Shown here in pieces: positions 50,801-64,000 of a stretch of 64,000 bases of DNA. Position 1 is the first letter of the stretch. Every line of letters begins with the position of its first letter. Origin of the DNA: Chara braunii (lineage: Eukaryota; Plantae; Charophyceae); contig BFEA01000006.1 of assembly GCA_003427395.1 (NCBI GenBank), forward strand, positions 2,684,515 through 2,748,514. Reading direction: 5' to 3'. Under the pieces are notes generated by a model. That model was not told where the DNA came from. It saw only the letters and a program-made list of their open reading frames with translations, and made no database searches. The position numbers and the translations under genes were made by a program.

Positions 50801-51674
50801 CCAAATGCGAAGGCTTTTCGTATGCAATTGCAGAGGTGGCCCAACTGAGGGCGTTTCTCGTTCGCTGTAGCATAGGGGGGTACGCGTGGTCGAACGCCCA
50901 GAATCGAACCCGTACGCGAATCGACGCACTGGGGGGCTGAAGTCCCAGACACGATCCGACGCCGGTCGACTAGGACGTGTTACACACACCACGCGTTACG
51001 CCACAATACTCACAATTACCAACACATAATACGTGAGGACACACCACAAACAACACCACAACGCAACAAACTCATAGTCCCTTCACTATCCGACCCATAA
51101 CTCTTTGCAGCCAGACTCAGATAGGTATCGTGCGCGGGGCTTTCGTATAAAAATCGAACGAGTGCACGGCCTTCTCATGTCAACCAGCCATGCGGACATA
51201 CGCAATCATTCGCGCTGATGGGGTACTACGTGGTACTCGTAGCCCTGCGGCCCTTGATAATCTCGGGGGCTGCGTTCGACATTCAAGTGTCGACTGACAG
51301 GCACTTTGAGGGGTAATCTCTCGATGCCAGACAATCGCCATGTGCGGTTGAAGACCACACCCTCTTCTGCACCTTGTGCAGAGGGTTTGAGTAGACAGCT
51401 TCAGAGCTGTCGTGGTAGCCAAAGATCAAGGGGTTTGACTTTGACGGCTGCCATGGATTTCAACGTCCAACTATATTAATTCTAAAAAGCAAAAGATAAC
51501 AAGGGATCTCCTTTTTCTCTCAGTGTAAAACTTACTTAATCACTATGCACGGCCTCAATGGGTCGAGCGGACACAAGAAACATGATATAAAAGTCATGAG
51601 ATAGGAGACGATCACTCTCACAATCACGGTGTGACTTCCTTCAAATATATATACATATGATCATACGCAAAACC

Positions 51675-53640
51675 GAGGGTTGTCCCTTGACTCCTCTATT
51701 ATTCGTGATACTGATGGAAAACTTGTTATGTAATATTCGGGCCCACTCTCAAATCAAGGGTTTTGTACAAGTTAGACGTAATATAAGGTAAAGGCCCTTG
51801 CGGACGATCTTCTTGCCATCTCAAAAAACTCGGTCTCCTCGATGAATGCTTTGAAGGGCTGCTTCGACGAATGCTCGATTATGTCTGAAGCATCTGTTAA
51901 CTAGGCTAAATTTGTTTTTTTCCTTCATAGCTCTTTCTCCCCTTCGGTGAATTGGGGTATGAAACGTATAGAGGCCTTCAGCTTTGAGCGCTTTCTTGGG
52001 GTGCAGGTATATCTGCTCTCATGTACAGTAGATCAAGACGGCATTGTGTTACAACGAACACTACAGAGGATGTCCATGTGGGGCAAAGCCCCTCACCTGT
52101 CCATCGACGGTGGGGTAATGTTGGTCAACGATGCTCTTTTTGCCTTGCTTTGGTTTATGGCCGCCGTTAGACCTTTAGGAAGACAATTTTGTGGTCTGAT
52201 TCGCAGGAGAGCTGACAAATTTGTATGAAAACCTTTTGTGGGGGATAACCAGGGTTTCATGTCAAAAGTTGTTTGGGATATGCTCTGTTTTTCAAAGACG
52301 GAAGGATGCCTAGGACTAATAGACCTCCGACGAAAAAACAAAGCCATGCTTGTCCGCTGGATCATTAAGGTCATTTGCTCCTATGAGGAGTCTCATTGGA
52401 TCCTTATGGTTGAATCAATCCTCGTCTCATAATGGAATCTTCAGAGACCTTTTGATATTTGAACTTGCCTTTTATTGACCTCGTACTAGAACCGTGTGAT
52501 TAAATCATAATTTTGGAAAGCTGTGTTATCTGTCTGGCGGTTGTTCAAACCAAACTCATGGTTGCTATCGGTGTCCAAGGCTGAGATCCTCCTACAACCT
52601 TTATTCGAGAATCCGCACATTTGTAAATCGAATGGTAGTTGGTTTGCTGCAGATACCGCTTGCAACAACTTTGGGAGAAGACGGATTGAAAAAGGTGTAC
52701 TGCGTATTGCGGATATCTGAAACACCTTGGAAAGTCAATGGGTCTCCCCCTCAGCTACTAGGACGAAGTTGGGTTAACTCTAGTACGTGAAGGGGCAATG
52801 CCTAGTTGACTGGATGCACCCCACGGGTAGAAACTGCTTTAACTCGATCCTAGAGCTAAGGCTGGATCCTAAAATGTGGGGCTGGAAGGAAAAAGGTCAA
52901 GAAGGGGAGGATCGGGAGGATCGGGTGCTGCCTTTTTATACATTGGCACAGGAATCTGAATCCCAGTTGGCTGGATGCACCCCACGGGTAGAAACTGCTT
53001 TAACTCGATGTTGGAAACAACTAACCAGTGCTCCTAGTCCTCGCCTAGCTGCAACCTTATGGATGCTCTCTCTATTGACCACTCCGTCTGCAGTCAACTT
53101 AGCCTAGAGAGGGCTCAAAATGGAACCGGCCTGGAAAAAATGTAATTGGGCCCTTGAGTCCATTGTACATCTTCGGTACGATTGTCCTACCTCTAAAAAA
53201 AATTGGGATTGGTGGCAGGGATTTTGGGTGATGATTTCAAATAGTCGATTGAATTGGAACCGCGATTGTTTTTTTTTAGGGGGGGCTTCCGGACCACTTG
53301 GAAACAGGAAGAGGATGAGGTTATATAGTTCAAGTGGCACGTGCAGTTGGATGTAAGGTGATTTGGAAGGAACGAAACCGACGACTATTCGACAACCGAG
53401 AAATGTCGAACAAGGAAATCAGACAGTTGTTTAAGTCCTCTCTACGCCGCTTCATTCAGGAAGATTGGCAAAGAAAAGACAGAGGGAACTTCACTCGATG
53501 GTTTGAGGAAACATGGGGATTGGTGGTAAATTTGTGACACAAATAGAAGGAAGGCTGATTTTAAATAAATGGTTCTCATAATAAGACAATGGTGAGCCCA
53601 GGGCTTGAAAAACCTATATGCTCATGGTTGGATAATTAAA
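51675..53640 (+). pseudogene. Mirror copy of LINE ORF2 3' half
   Basis: GCPLTPLLF at 51678; LADD at 51797-51808; ESIVHLRYDCP; WKERNRRLF. Confidence 0.9.
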
Positions 53641-54039
53641 AAGTTGGAAGTATAGACAATTAATTGGTTTCATTGGTTCCTCTGGTTTGTTTGAAATTTA
53701 AACCTGGGTGCTCGGTTTTTCCTTTGCAGGAGGAGGGTCGGGGGACAGGTTGGTGGAGGAAGTGCTTGGTGGCTTATGGGGTCCCAGTGGGGTCCCATTG
53801 TCGTTCTAGACATTGCCATTTTAGAAGAGAGGCTAGTTTCTAGAGGTGGATTTTAAGTTTGTGCTTGTCTTTATGGGATCGTTTAACTTTTATGGACAGA
53901 AGGTTAATGACACTTTTTTTTTCCATTATGCTAGGAGTACTTGATTGGCAGTCCTGGTTTTTATCTTCTGACCAATGCTTTCACTAGCATTCTTGAAAAG
54001 TTTCAAGATTTACAATGTTGGTATGGTGCCCCCCCGTTC

Positions 54040-57000
54040 ACGCAGAGGGGAGGAGGACGGAACGGACAATTTCAGACCTTCAAACATTTCACCGTTGACA
54101 ACCTTCACTACCGTCCAAGCAAGGAAGGGGGGAAGAACGGAAAAGACAATTTTATGCCTTCACCGATTTCACCACTTCAGTTCCTTCACAACCTTCACTA
54201 CCATCCAAGCAACAGGGGGAAAGGACGGAAGGGGCAATTTCAAGCCTTCACGAATTTCACCACTTCAGTTCCTTCACATCTTTCACTATCGTCTATGTAG
54301 AAGAGGGGGGACAATTTCATGTCTTCACCGATTTCACCACTTCAGTTTCTTCACAACCTTCACTACCATCCAAGCAACATGGGGGGAGGACGGAAGCGAC
54401 AATTTCAGACTTTCACAAATTTCACCACTTCAGTTTCTTCACATCTTTCACTTTGGTCTATGTAGGAGGGGGGGGGGGGGGGGGGGGNGGTTCATGCCTT
54501 CACTGATTTCACCACTTCAGCTCCTTCACAACCTTCACTACCGTCCAAGCAACATGGGGGAGGACGAAAGGGACAATTTCAGACCTTTACAAATTTCACC
54601 ACTTCAGTTCGTTCACAATTTTCACTACCATCCAAGCAAAGGGGGTGGAGGATGGAAGTGACAATTTCAGGTTTTTCTGGATTTCACCACTTCAGTTCCT
54701 TCACAACCTTCACTATCGTCTAGACAAGATGGGGGAAGGACGGAAGGGGCAATTTCAGGCCTTCATGAATTTCACCACTTCAGTTCCTTCACATCTTTCA
54801 CTGTCGTCTATGTAGGAGGGGGGGGAAGGGGGGGGCAATTTCATGCCTTCATCAATTTCACCACTTCAGTTCCTTCACAACCTTTACTACCGTCCAAGCA
54901 ACAGGGGAGTAGGACGGAAGGGACAATTTCAGGCATTCAAAGATTTCACCACTTCATTTCGTTCACAATCTTCACTACCATCACGTAAGGGGGGTGGAGG
55001 ATGGAAGTGACAATTTCAAACCTTCACGGATTTCACCACTTCAATTCCTTCACAACCATCTCTACCGTTCAAGCAAGAGCGGGGGAGGACGGAAGGGTCA
55101 ATCTCAGGTCTTTATAAATTTCACCACTTGAGTTCCTTCACATCTTTCATTATCGTCTATGTAGGAGGGGGCAGGGGGGGGGTGGGGATTTTATGCCTTC
55201 ACCGATTTCACCACTCCAGTTCCTTAATAACCTTCACTAATGTCCAAGCAACAGGGGGGAAGGACGGAAGGGGCAATTTCAGGCCTTCACAAATTTCACC
55301 ACTTCCGTTCGTTCACAATCTTTACTGCCGTCCAAACCAAGGGGGTGGAGGATGAAAAGAAACATTTCAAGCCTTCACAAATTTCACCACTTCAGTTCAT
55401 TCACATTCTTCAGTACCGTCCAAGCAAGGGGGGTAGAGGATGGAAGGGGCAATTTCATGCCTTTACCGATTTCACCACTTCAGTTCCTTCACATTTTTCA
55501 CTATCGTCTATGCAGGAGGGGGCGGGAGGGGGAGCAATTTCATTCCTTTACCGATCTCACCACGTCAGTTCCTTCACAACCTTCACAACTGTCCAAGCAA
55601 CAGGGGGGAAGAACGGAAGGGGCAATTTCATGCATTCACAAATTTCACCACTTCAGTTCGTTCATAATCTTCACTACCGTCCTAGCACGGGGGGTGGAGG
55701 ATGGAAAGGAACATTTCAGACCTTCACAAATTTCAGCACTTTAGTTCATTCACAGTCTTCACTACCATCCAACCAAGTGGGGTGGAGGATGGAAGGGGCA
55801 ATCCCATGCGTTCACCGATTTCACCACTTAAGTTCCTTCACAACCTTCACTACCGTCTAAGCAACAAGGAGGGGGGGACGGAAGGGGCAATTTCAGACCA
55901 TCACAAATTTTATCACTTCAGTTCATTTACAATCTTCACTACCGTCCAAACAAGGGGGGTGGAGGATGGAAGGGGCAATTTCATGCCTTCATGAATTTCA
56001 CCACTTCAGTTCCTTCACAACCTTCACTATCGTCCAAGCAACAGGGGGGGGGGGGGACGGAAGGAGCAATTTCATGCCTTCACAAATTTCACCACTTCAG
56101 TTCGTTCACAATCTTCACTACCGTCCAAGCAAGGGGGGAGGAGGACGGAATGAGCAATTTCAGACCTTCACAAATTTCACAACTTAAGTTCATTCACAAT
56201 CTTCACTACCGTCCAAGCAAGGGGGTGGAGGATGGAAGGGGTAATTTCATGTCTTCACGGATTTTACCACTTCAGTTTCACCACATCTTTCACTATCGTC
56301 TGTATAGGAGGGGGGGACGGGGGGAACCAATTTCATGCTTTCACTGATTTCACCACTACAGTTCTTTCACAACCTTCACTACTGTCCAAGCAACAAGGGG
56401 GAAGGACGGAAGAGGCAATTTCAGACCTTTACAAATTTCACTATTCAGTTTGTTCACAGTCTTCACTACCGTCCAAGTCAGGGGGGTCGAGAATGAAAGG
56501 GAATATTTCAGGCCTTCACAAATTTCACCACTTCAGCTCATTCACAGTCTTCACTGCCGTCCAATCAAGGGGGTTGGAGGATGAAAGGGACAATTTCATG
56601 CCTTCACCGATTTCACCACTTCAGTTACTTGACAACCTTCACTACCGTTTAAGCAACAAAGAGGGGGGGGGACAGAAGGGGCAATTTCAGACCTTCACAA
56701 ATTTCACCACTTCAGTTCATTCACAATCTTCACTACCGTCCAAGCAAGGGGGGTGGAGGATGGAAGGGGCAATTTCAGGCCTTCACGAATTTCACCACTT
56801 CTATTCCTTCACAACCTTCACTACCGTCCAAGCAACAGGGGGGGGGGACGGAAGGACCAATTTCATGCCTTCACAAATTTCACCACTTTAGTTCGTTCAC
56901 AATCTTCACTATCGTCCAAACAAGGGGGATGGAGGACGGAAGGGGTAATTTTAAGTCTTCACAAATTTCACCACTTTAGTTTATTCACTATCTTCACTAC

Positions 57001-58150
57001 TGTCCGAGCAAGGGGGGTGGAGGATGGAAAGGGCAATTTCAGGCCTGCACGGATTTTACCACTTTAGTTCCTTCACAACCTTCACTACCGTCCAAGCAAC
57101 AAGGGGGGGGGACGGAAGGGGCAATGTCATGCTTTCACAAATTTGACAACTTCAATTCGTTCACAATCTTGACTACCGTCCAAGCAAGGGGAGTGGAGGA
57201 CGGAAGGGGCAATTTCAGACCTTCACAAATTTCATCACTTTAGTTAGTTCACAATCTTCAATACCGTCCAAACAAGGGGGGTGGAGGATCAAAGGAACAA
57301 TTTCATACCTTCACCGATTTCACCACTTCAGTTCCTTCACAACCTTCACTACCGTCTAAGCAAATTGGTAAAGTTCGTGAAGGCCTGAAATTTGTGAAGG
57401 TCTGAAATTGCCCCTTTCGTCCCTCCCCCTTGTTGCTTGGACGGTAGTGAAAGATGTGAAAGAGCTATAGTGGTGAAATAGGTGAAGGCATGAAATTGCT
57501 CATTTCATCCTCCACTTCCCTTGCTTGGACGGTAGTGAAGATTGAGAACAAACTGAAGTGGTGAAATTTGTGAAGGCCTGAAATTGCCCCTTCCATCCTC
57601 CACCCCCCTTGCTTGGATGATAGTGAAGATTGTGAACGCACTGAAGTGGTGAAAGTAGTGAAGTTAGAAAATAGTCCCTCGCCTCTCCTTTCTCTTGGTT
57701 TGGACGATGGTGAAATATGTGAACGTAGTGCAGTGGTGAAATTAGTGAAGGTCTGAAATTGCTCCTCAACCTTTCTTTCTCTTGGTTTGGATGATGGTGA
57801 AAGATGTGAACGTACTTAAGTGGTGAAAGTGGTGAAGGCATGTAATTGCCCCTCGGGCCTCCTTTCTCTGGGCTTGCACGATGGTGAAAGATGTGAACGT
57901 TCTGAAGTGGTGAAAGTAGTAAAGGCCTGTGAGTTGCCTCGCCTATGTGAAATTAGTGAAGTCATGAAATTGGCCTCGCCCTCCCCTTAAGACCCTGAAA
58001 GTTGTGAAAAAAGTTACGTCGTGAAATTGATGTAGGTCTCTCTCTAAAATTGCCTCGCCTAGGTGAAATTAATAAAGTCCTTAAATTGGCCCCTCCCTCC
58101 TCTTGAGACTCTGACAGCTGTGAAAAAAGCGAGGTGGTGAAATTAGTGCA
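54040..58150. repeat. Mirror copy of ~88-bp satellite, flip near 57365
   Basis: Reverse complement of 7620-11760, largely collinear unit by unit. Confidence 0.95.
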
Positions 58151-59102
58151 GGCCCCTCCCCTAAAATGCCTCGCATAGATACATTTAACCTAATGAACAA
58201 CACAACCTCACAACCCCCATTCATCATCGCAGCTTCCTTTTTCACCATGAAGAACACATCCCCCACCCTGAATTCAAGCCAAACAAAACACAACAAAATT
58301 TTCACTTCACCTTTTTCATTCCTGAAATTTCAGGTAGGTGATAACCGCTTGTACTTTTATGGCTTATGTTAGTTGTTTGATAGGAATGGGGTTTAAATAT
58401 CACGGTCTGGATTTGGCATTCTCTGTGCCTAGATATTCCCCACTCCTATCTTCTGGGTTGAATTGTGAGGTCCCCGGCCTCCTTCTTTTTCAGCTTTGAT
58501 AAGAAGCCCTATAAGGGTCCATTTTTTTTTATGAAAAAAAAGAATTGTTTGTAGGGAGGTGCGGTTGAGGAAACTCAACGTGATTTTTTTCACATCTCCA
58601 CAAACAAGTTCAGATTCAGGCGTTGAGGAAACTCAATGCTGCTGGTGGGACTTGGCCCCATGTCTCCTCCCCTACGAACATCAGAAGACTCTGCTCAATG
58701 CCGATCGGGGGATCTAGTGGTCTATCTGTAGGGGTGAAGGGCGTCAGGCATGCCCAACAAGGCACACGAGGGCAATGCGTACTGAACCCACGTCCTCATG
58801 AACGACACTTACGAGTCTTACGAAATGAGCTAGGTCGTTGGATGCAATGTATCTTTTCAGGTTTTACCGTAGGATTACGTTTGCACATTTTGAGAGCAGT
58901 GAAACCCTTCGACATTGACATTCAAGAGCATTCCCATCCCAAAACTTTCGAGGACTCGGGAGTGGTGTGGCGAGGGCTCTTCCAATTTTTTTCCAGCAAT
59001 CGGAAGTGTTGTGGTGAGACCCTTACTTCACTTCATGGGCCTCGCTCCACTACTCTCATTCACTTACCATAAACGCACGGGTGTGGAACCCGTAGTTTGT
59101 TC

Positions 59103-59180
<78 letters not shown>

Positions 59181-59617
59181 GTAACATTGTTTTTTAACGT
59201 TTTAGTTTTGTTTTTTTTTTTGAATTGTTGAACTTGAGGGTTGGTGGTGGTGGTTGTATTGTAAGGTTTAGTCGTAGGGTTTTTCTTTGGTGCATTTGAC
59301 AAAATAAGAACAATAGTAATAATAATAAAGTAAATTAAAAGAATGACAAAAATCGAATAAATATTCCGCTAGAACACGGAAATATACACCTTACACTCGT
59401 GTGTGTGTGTGTGTGTGTGCATGTGTGTGTGGGGGATTTTGTGTAAAAACACAGCTATCCCAGAGTATGGGACATTAGACATAGCCATTTTGTTCTTTAG
59501 TTAGGTACAAGATTAACACAACAGGATGTCAGTTTTAGGAGCAGTTTAGGAATTAGTGTTAGTGGATTAGCACAGGTTAGAAAGGGTATAAGAACCCAAC
59601 CATAGGGGGGGTGCACG

Positions 59618-59668
59618 CCCTTAAGCGCGCTTTTCACCGCCTAACACCCATAGCAGCTCATCAGAGGG
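59618..59668 (-). ncRNA. Mirror copy of hammerhead ribozyme
   Basis: Exact reverse complement of 6101-6151. Confidence 0.75.
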
Positions 59669-60833
59669 GTTAGCTTAGTAAGGCTCCTGTTAGGAATGGG
59701 TGGGAAAAAAAGTCGTTGGGGGGGGGGGCGGTTGGGAGCAAGGCGTACGGGGTAGCATGGTGAAGCATAATAGGCATTTGGGGGAGATATAGTTAGAGAG
59801 TCTTACCTGAGTTGTCAGGGTCGGTATCGCCGGAAGGTCAGTTGCCGCCATAGCTGGAGTAGTTGTCGTGCAGCACAATGTCAGTGCTTACAGTGTAAGC
59901 ACAGTGCACGGGGCACTGTATTGCGTCCGACCGAGTTGAGGTACCCAATGTAGCTCGCGAGCAAGAGTGCTCGTGCGAGAAGGGAGACAAAGGGGACTCG
60001 TGGTGAGGGGCGATGGAGTCTAGAGTACAAGCTGGCGCTGCAGCGGTGTAACACGAAGATGCGTGCGGTTGTATTCTCAGTCGTACTCCAGGGCGCTTGA
60101 TATAGCGTACGGGAGGATATGGGCGTGCGAGCCATAATTGTATAGCGTAGCATGCCATTGTACGGGCTGGGATTAGAGGGGGTATGATGGGGGTGCACGC
60201 ATTAGCAGCAATTTGGGAGGGGGAGGAAGCCATGTGTATATGTTGGAGGGTGTAAGCTAGTGGTAGGAATGTTTTTTTAAAGTGAGCGAAGGGGTATGTT
60301 ATGGAACAAACGTTTTCACGCAGTCGAGTGAGGAGTATGTACCTGCCAATGTGCGTTCTGAGTGAGGGGGGTGGGTGTATTTTTTGGAGGGAAAGAGAAA
60401 ATTCGTTCGTTTTTTTTGGGGGAGTGGGTGTAAGCGAGTAGTAGGATTGCTTGGGAGAGAGGAGAAAGGATGTGGGGTGTGGTACTTGCATAGGTGTAGT
60501 ACACTAGGGGGTGGGTCCGTACCAGTTTGCTTGTCGTTGTAGGATTGTGCACGCTGTTGGGGGTGAGGTTGCAAAGCGCCGGGTTTTGGTCTTGTCTCAT
60601 AGCGTGCAAGTACGTGTGTCCTTATGTGTTTCTTTCGTCTTCAGAGGGAAGGGACTGGCTATAGGGGAGGTGTGTAGTGTCACATTGTCGAGCGCATCGG
60701 CCCCCGCGCGAGCGAGGGCTCTCCCGGCCACGTCACGCCCGAGTTACACATTAAAACAAAACACGGAGACAACGTGGAGACAGCGTGAAATAGTTCCCGC
60801 GAGCCGCCAAGGCGGTGCGCGGTCGCGTCGTCC

Positions 60834-61079
60834 CTTCGCCGCTTTAGCCGGGTGCGCCAGCTGTACATCTTGCGGTTCCCTACGACAGGACAGGTTCCCA
60901 CGGGGCATAAGCTTGCTTCCCTAAGGGGTTGTTACCACCCTTAGGGGCGTATCCCTACCGAGTTACTAACCCACATGCGAAAGCTTTTACATGCAGTTGC
61001 AGAGGTGGGTCAACCGAGGGCATTTGCTCGCACGCTGTAGGATAAGTATACGTGATTGAACGCCTGTTGAACCCGAACA
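60834..61079 (-). ncRNA. Mirror copy of structured RNA candidate, variant 1
   Basis: Reverse complement of 4690-4935 with a few substitutions. Confidence 0.5.
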
Positions 61080-61847
61080 CCGTCCGTCACTTAGGGCACT
61101 GAATCTTCTAAGGATGAAGTGTACGTCAGTCGACTAGAGCGGTTTCAGTTAAGTATAGAAACCAACAACAACTTGACTTTATTCCCTTGCACGTAATTTC
61201 CTCATACATATATATATATATATATATAAAATTTCTTCAGACGAAATCATCAAGAATGACACATATGAAGTCACTCTTTTAAATTAAATAGTTCAACAAT
61301 TATAGTAACAATTCTTTAATAGGTTTTGTATGACGAAAAGGATCATGCTATCGTGCTTTCCTACTCGTTGTCAATATGGTCGACACATAATTCTTCTTTT
61401 TCAAGCCTTTTAAGCTAAAGTCAGACTTTTTTCAAATCTGAATTTAGGACAACATCGTGCCTACAGAAGCTTGTCATGGTTAGCTCCAGCAAGTAAATAC
61501 CACTTCTACCATGCAGATCAACAAGTGATTGGGTTCCTGGTCGAAGTTTGAACTCTCGGTTCGACCCCACCTGCGCTATAGTCTCCTTCTTGCTTCTGAC
61601 ATGCGTTTTTACGCATGTGGTTACACATGTGGTTACGCATGTGGTTACCCCTCAATGCATAAGCATGATAATGCCATCATCGAGGTAATCCAGATACTAT
61701 CCGTCTGGCGGTCCTATCTACATAATGTATTTCTGTTTTGTGTGTTATGATTACCTCGTGCAATCATAAGTCATATGACTTCCTCAACAAGACAATTCAA
61801 TGCATAGATGTTATCTGAAATCCAAGTTTGATATTAGACAACGGTGT

Positions 61848-62423
61848 CTATCCCAAGTAAATCTTTCGTTCTCCGAGCGTCTGAGCCTCCAATGAATCCA
61901 ATCGCGCAAGCTCGCTGTCATCGAATGTTAGGGTAGCCCTCCGTCCACCTCGCATGACTCTAATAACTTGAGTATCATAGAAAAAGGTCATCCGTGAGGC
62001 TAACCTCCAAACTATGACTCGCAGAGGCCGACTAAGTCCAAGTAAACGTCGGGTCTCTGTGTCCTCGGTCCGAATGACGCCGAAGCGTCTACCGAACGAG
62101 GTAATCCTAATACTCACAATGACTCGGGAGAGACATTCGAGATTACTCACACGGTGAAAATACAATGTGTATCCATAAGACTCCTCGGAAGTTTGAGCCG
62201 TGTTTGCCCGAAAATTTGTGCGAGTGCTAGGGAAAAATCCCTCTCCATTTCGGAGTAGGCCGATGAAGCCGATCCATTCCGTGGGAGAACCATCTCGAAC
62301 TCGTAAAAGTTTCTCTGCTCCTCTGATGAGATCGTCCTCAATCGTATCACGAACCAGCAGGCACCTCGGGATGGTCATGTCTCGTCGAGCTCCAGGCATC
62401 TGCGTATCAGAACAAAACTTCAT
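61848..62423 (-). CDS. Hypothetical 191-aa protein (mirror copy)
   Basis: Same translation as 3250-3825. Confidence 0.45.
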   Translation of the reverse strand: MKFCSDTQMPGARRDMTIPRCLLVRDTIEDDLIRGAEKLLRVRDGSPTEWIGFIGLLRNGEGFFPSTRTNFRANTAQTSEESYGYTLYFHRVSNLECLSRVIVSIRITSFGRRFGVIRTEDTETRRLLGLSRPLRVIVWRLASRMTFFYDTQVIRVMRGGRRATLTFDDSELARLDSLEAQTLGERKIYLG

Positions 62424-62812
62424 TAGTTGAGTAATCGTTCTATGAGTTCGTCCTCCTCATCTTGCCAAGCATACTTTGAGAATGGTTCAACTCGTAGAAT
62501 GATGAACCTATTCGCCCGTACTCTCCTTGTATAATATATGCCAAATAAAGGTCTCTGTCGTTCGTTTAACAAAAGTACGGAACGGACGAACATCAGCCTT
62601 ATCTCAAAAATTTCGTCAATTCGAGGGTTTATCTCATATGGTTGCATCACCACTAAGTTCATGCTGGCGAAGTCGTGATCGGGTCGTAGCGGTGCGAACT
62701 CGTAGTGAAGAATGCCCAGTCCGGCTCTTGATCTGAAAATGAGTCGCCTAGAAGGATTCCGCACACTTCCATTCCAGAATCGTTGAAACATCCTCCTCTT
62801 AGTATAATTCAT
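62423..62812 (-). CDS. Hypothetical 129-aa protein (mirror copy)
   Basis: One substitution (P>L) relative to 2861-3250. Confidence 0.4.
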   Translation of the reverse strand: MNYTKRRMFQRFWNGSVRNPSRRLIFRSRAGLGILHYEFAPLRPDHDFASMNLVVMQPYEINPRIDEIFEIRLMFVRSVLLLNERQRPLFGIYYTRRVRANRFIILRVEPFSKYAWQDEEDELIERLLN

Positions 62813-64000
62813 ACGGATTATAGACGACTCGCCCTACTCTCTACTCTTTCTCTATCATGTCTTTGGGAATCGACCCATTCCGCCGCTGTGTCACGATTGC
62901 GGAAAAGATAACAGACCGTCGTCCCTGTCGTCATCTGAAGAAAAAAAAACGAGAATAGTTACGTTAAAATTTCTGCTACTGAGTATTATTTACGCATTAT
63001 CCTTCCCACTGGTTCGTGCTTCTTCTGGCACAGTCATCCGCGATAAGAGTGCCTAACTGCGCTTTGCCTAAACTAGTATGACACGAACTAGTCTGCTCAA
63101 GGCACTAGTTCCCCATGCGTCAGTGACTCTTACTATGGCCACCAGAAGGGTACACTACAACAGTAATTCCTTACGCGAGACGATAATAATTTTAGAGGTA
63201 TTTTCGTGAATATACGTCTGTCCTTCCCCTAAGAGGTGGTCTGGGATACCCCTCGTCCTCGCCCGAGATAACCTTGGATCTCAGAAGTTGGGCTAACTCC
63301 ACCACAACAGCATGGTACCCCCCCGCAGAGCGATCCACTCCGAGTCGATAGCAGGGCCGACCCCTAAGGCAACGAACCGCCGCCTCAGATGCCTCTTAGA
63401 AAAAGGAAAGAAATTTACCACGGTGAGCAAACAACCTCTTGCCGCCTGACGCCGAAAACAACTTAGACGAAAAATGATCACAGAAGGAAAAATCATTCAG
63501 ACGGACGGGCATTGACGGTGAGGGTCATCCGGGAAAAAAACGGTGACCTTGGGAAAAATCTACGTCCATTCACGTTTTTCTTCTTAGTGATCGCTTTATT
63601 TTTTCGTCGTTTTTTTTCCTCTTTTCGGTTTGNCATNTACATACAAGTGTCGAGAAGTGAGAACAACCAAACATTAGCCATCTCAAGGTCGATCCACTTC
63701 CATTTCAATAAGCCACACCTGCAGTCGAATCAGAGGACAAGTTCAACAAAAGAAACAGTGCAAACCCAAACTCAGGTNAGACTCACATTCACACGNNCCA
63801 ACACACATTTCCTCTACCTTTCAATGAACGTTCAAAGAACAGGGTCGAGCAAAGTGTGGNTTCACTCAGGCGTGAAAAGGGTCTNAGTCAAACTGACTGT
63901 CCACTGACCTTGACTGAAGTTGTACGGTACACTCAAGAAGACNGTATAGAAGTACGCCCCTTTTNACGTGAAGGTAGTCGTCNCCAGTCATCANCAAAGT

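Larger units (their letters stand above)
44851..64000. repeat. Right arm of inverted duplication (continues beyond window)
   Basis: Mirror of 1673-20323, including the same LINE/array junction (14124/14125 vs 51675/51674). The last base 64000 maps to 1673. Confidence 0.95.

Noticed and set aside
51211-51250. Second hammerhead-like motif ctgatgg-ggtac..gtact-cgtag
   Set aside because: The core deviates at essential positions (no CUGANGA, no GAAA).

Overview
Repeat-rich eukaryotic nuclear DNA. The LINE ORF1 style suggests a green plant or charophyte (Chara-like), but that is an unverified impression. No recognisable housekeeping gene, rRNA, tRNA or CRISPR array is present. Architecture: (i) a ~19-kb inverted duplication (1673-20323 mirrored at 44851-64000, running off the window); (ii) a head-to-tail array of a 12-13.3-kb, mostly non-coding unit (14125-40539; two units plus 1.09 kb) lying between the 5' half (ORF1+APE) and 3' half (RT+CCHC) of a decayed L1/Tx1-type LINE; (iii) a Penelope-like (PLE) RT thumb fragment at the inner breakpoint of the inversion; (iv) an ~88-bp satellite with an internal strand flip. 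The most unusual signals are an ordered ~60-bp-period array of ~25 hairpins with variable self-complementary stems around a near-invariant ATAAGTT loop, a minimal type I hammerhead ribozyme with a palindromic stem III, and a ~250-nt covarying structured-RNA candidate shared by two otherwise unrelated repeats. Two Nextera mate-pair adapters and two N-gaps show that parts of the assembly are unreliable. All alignments and identities were judged by eye.
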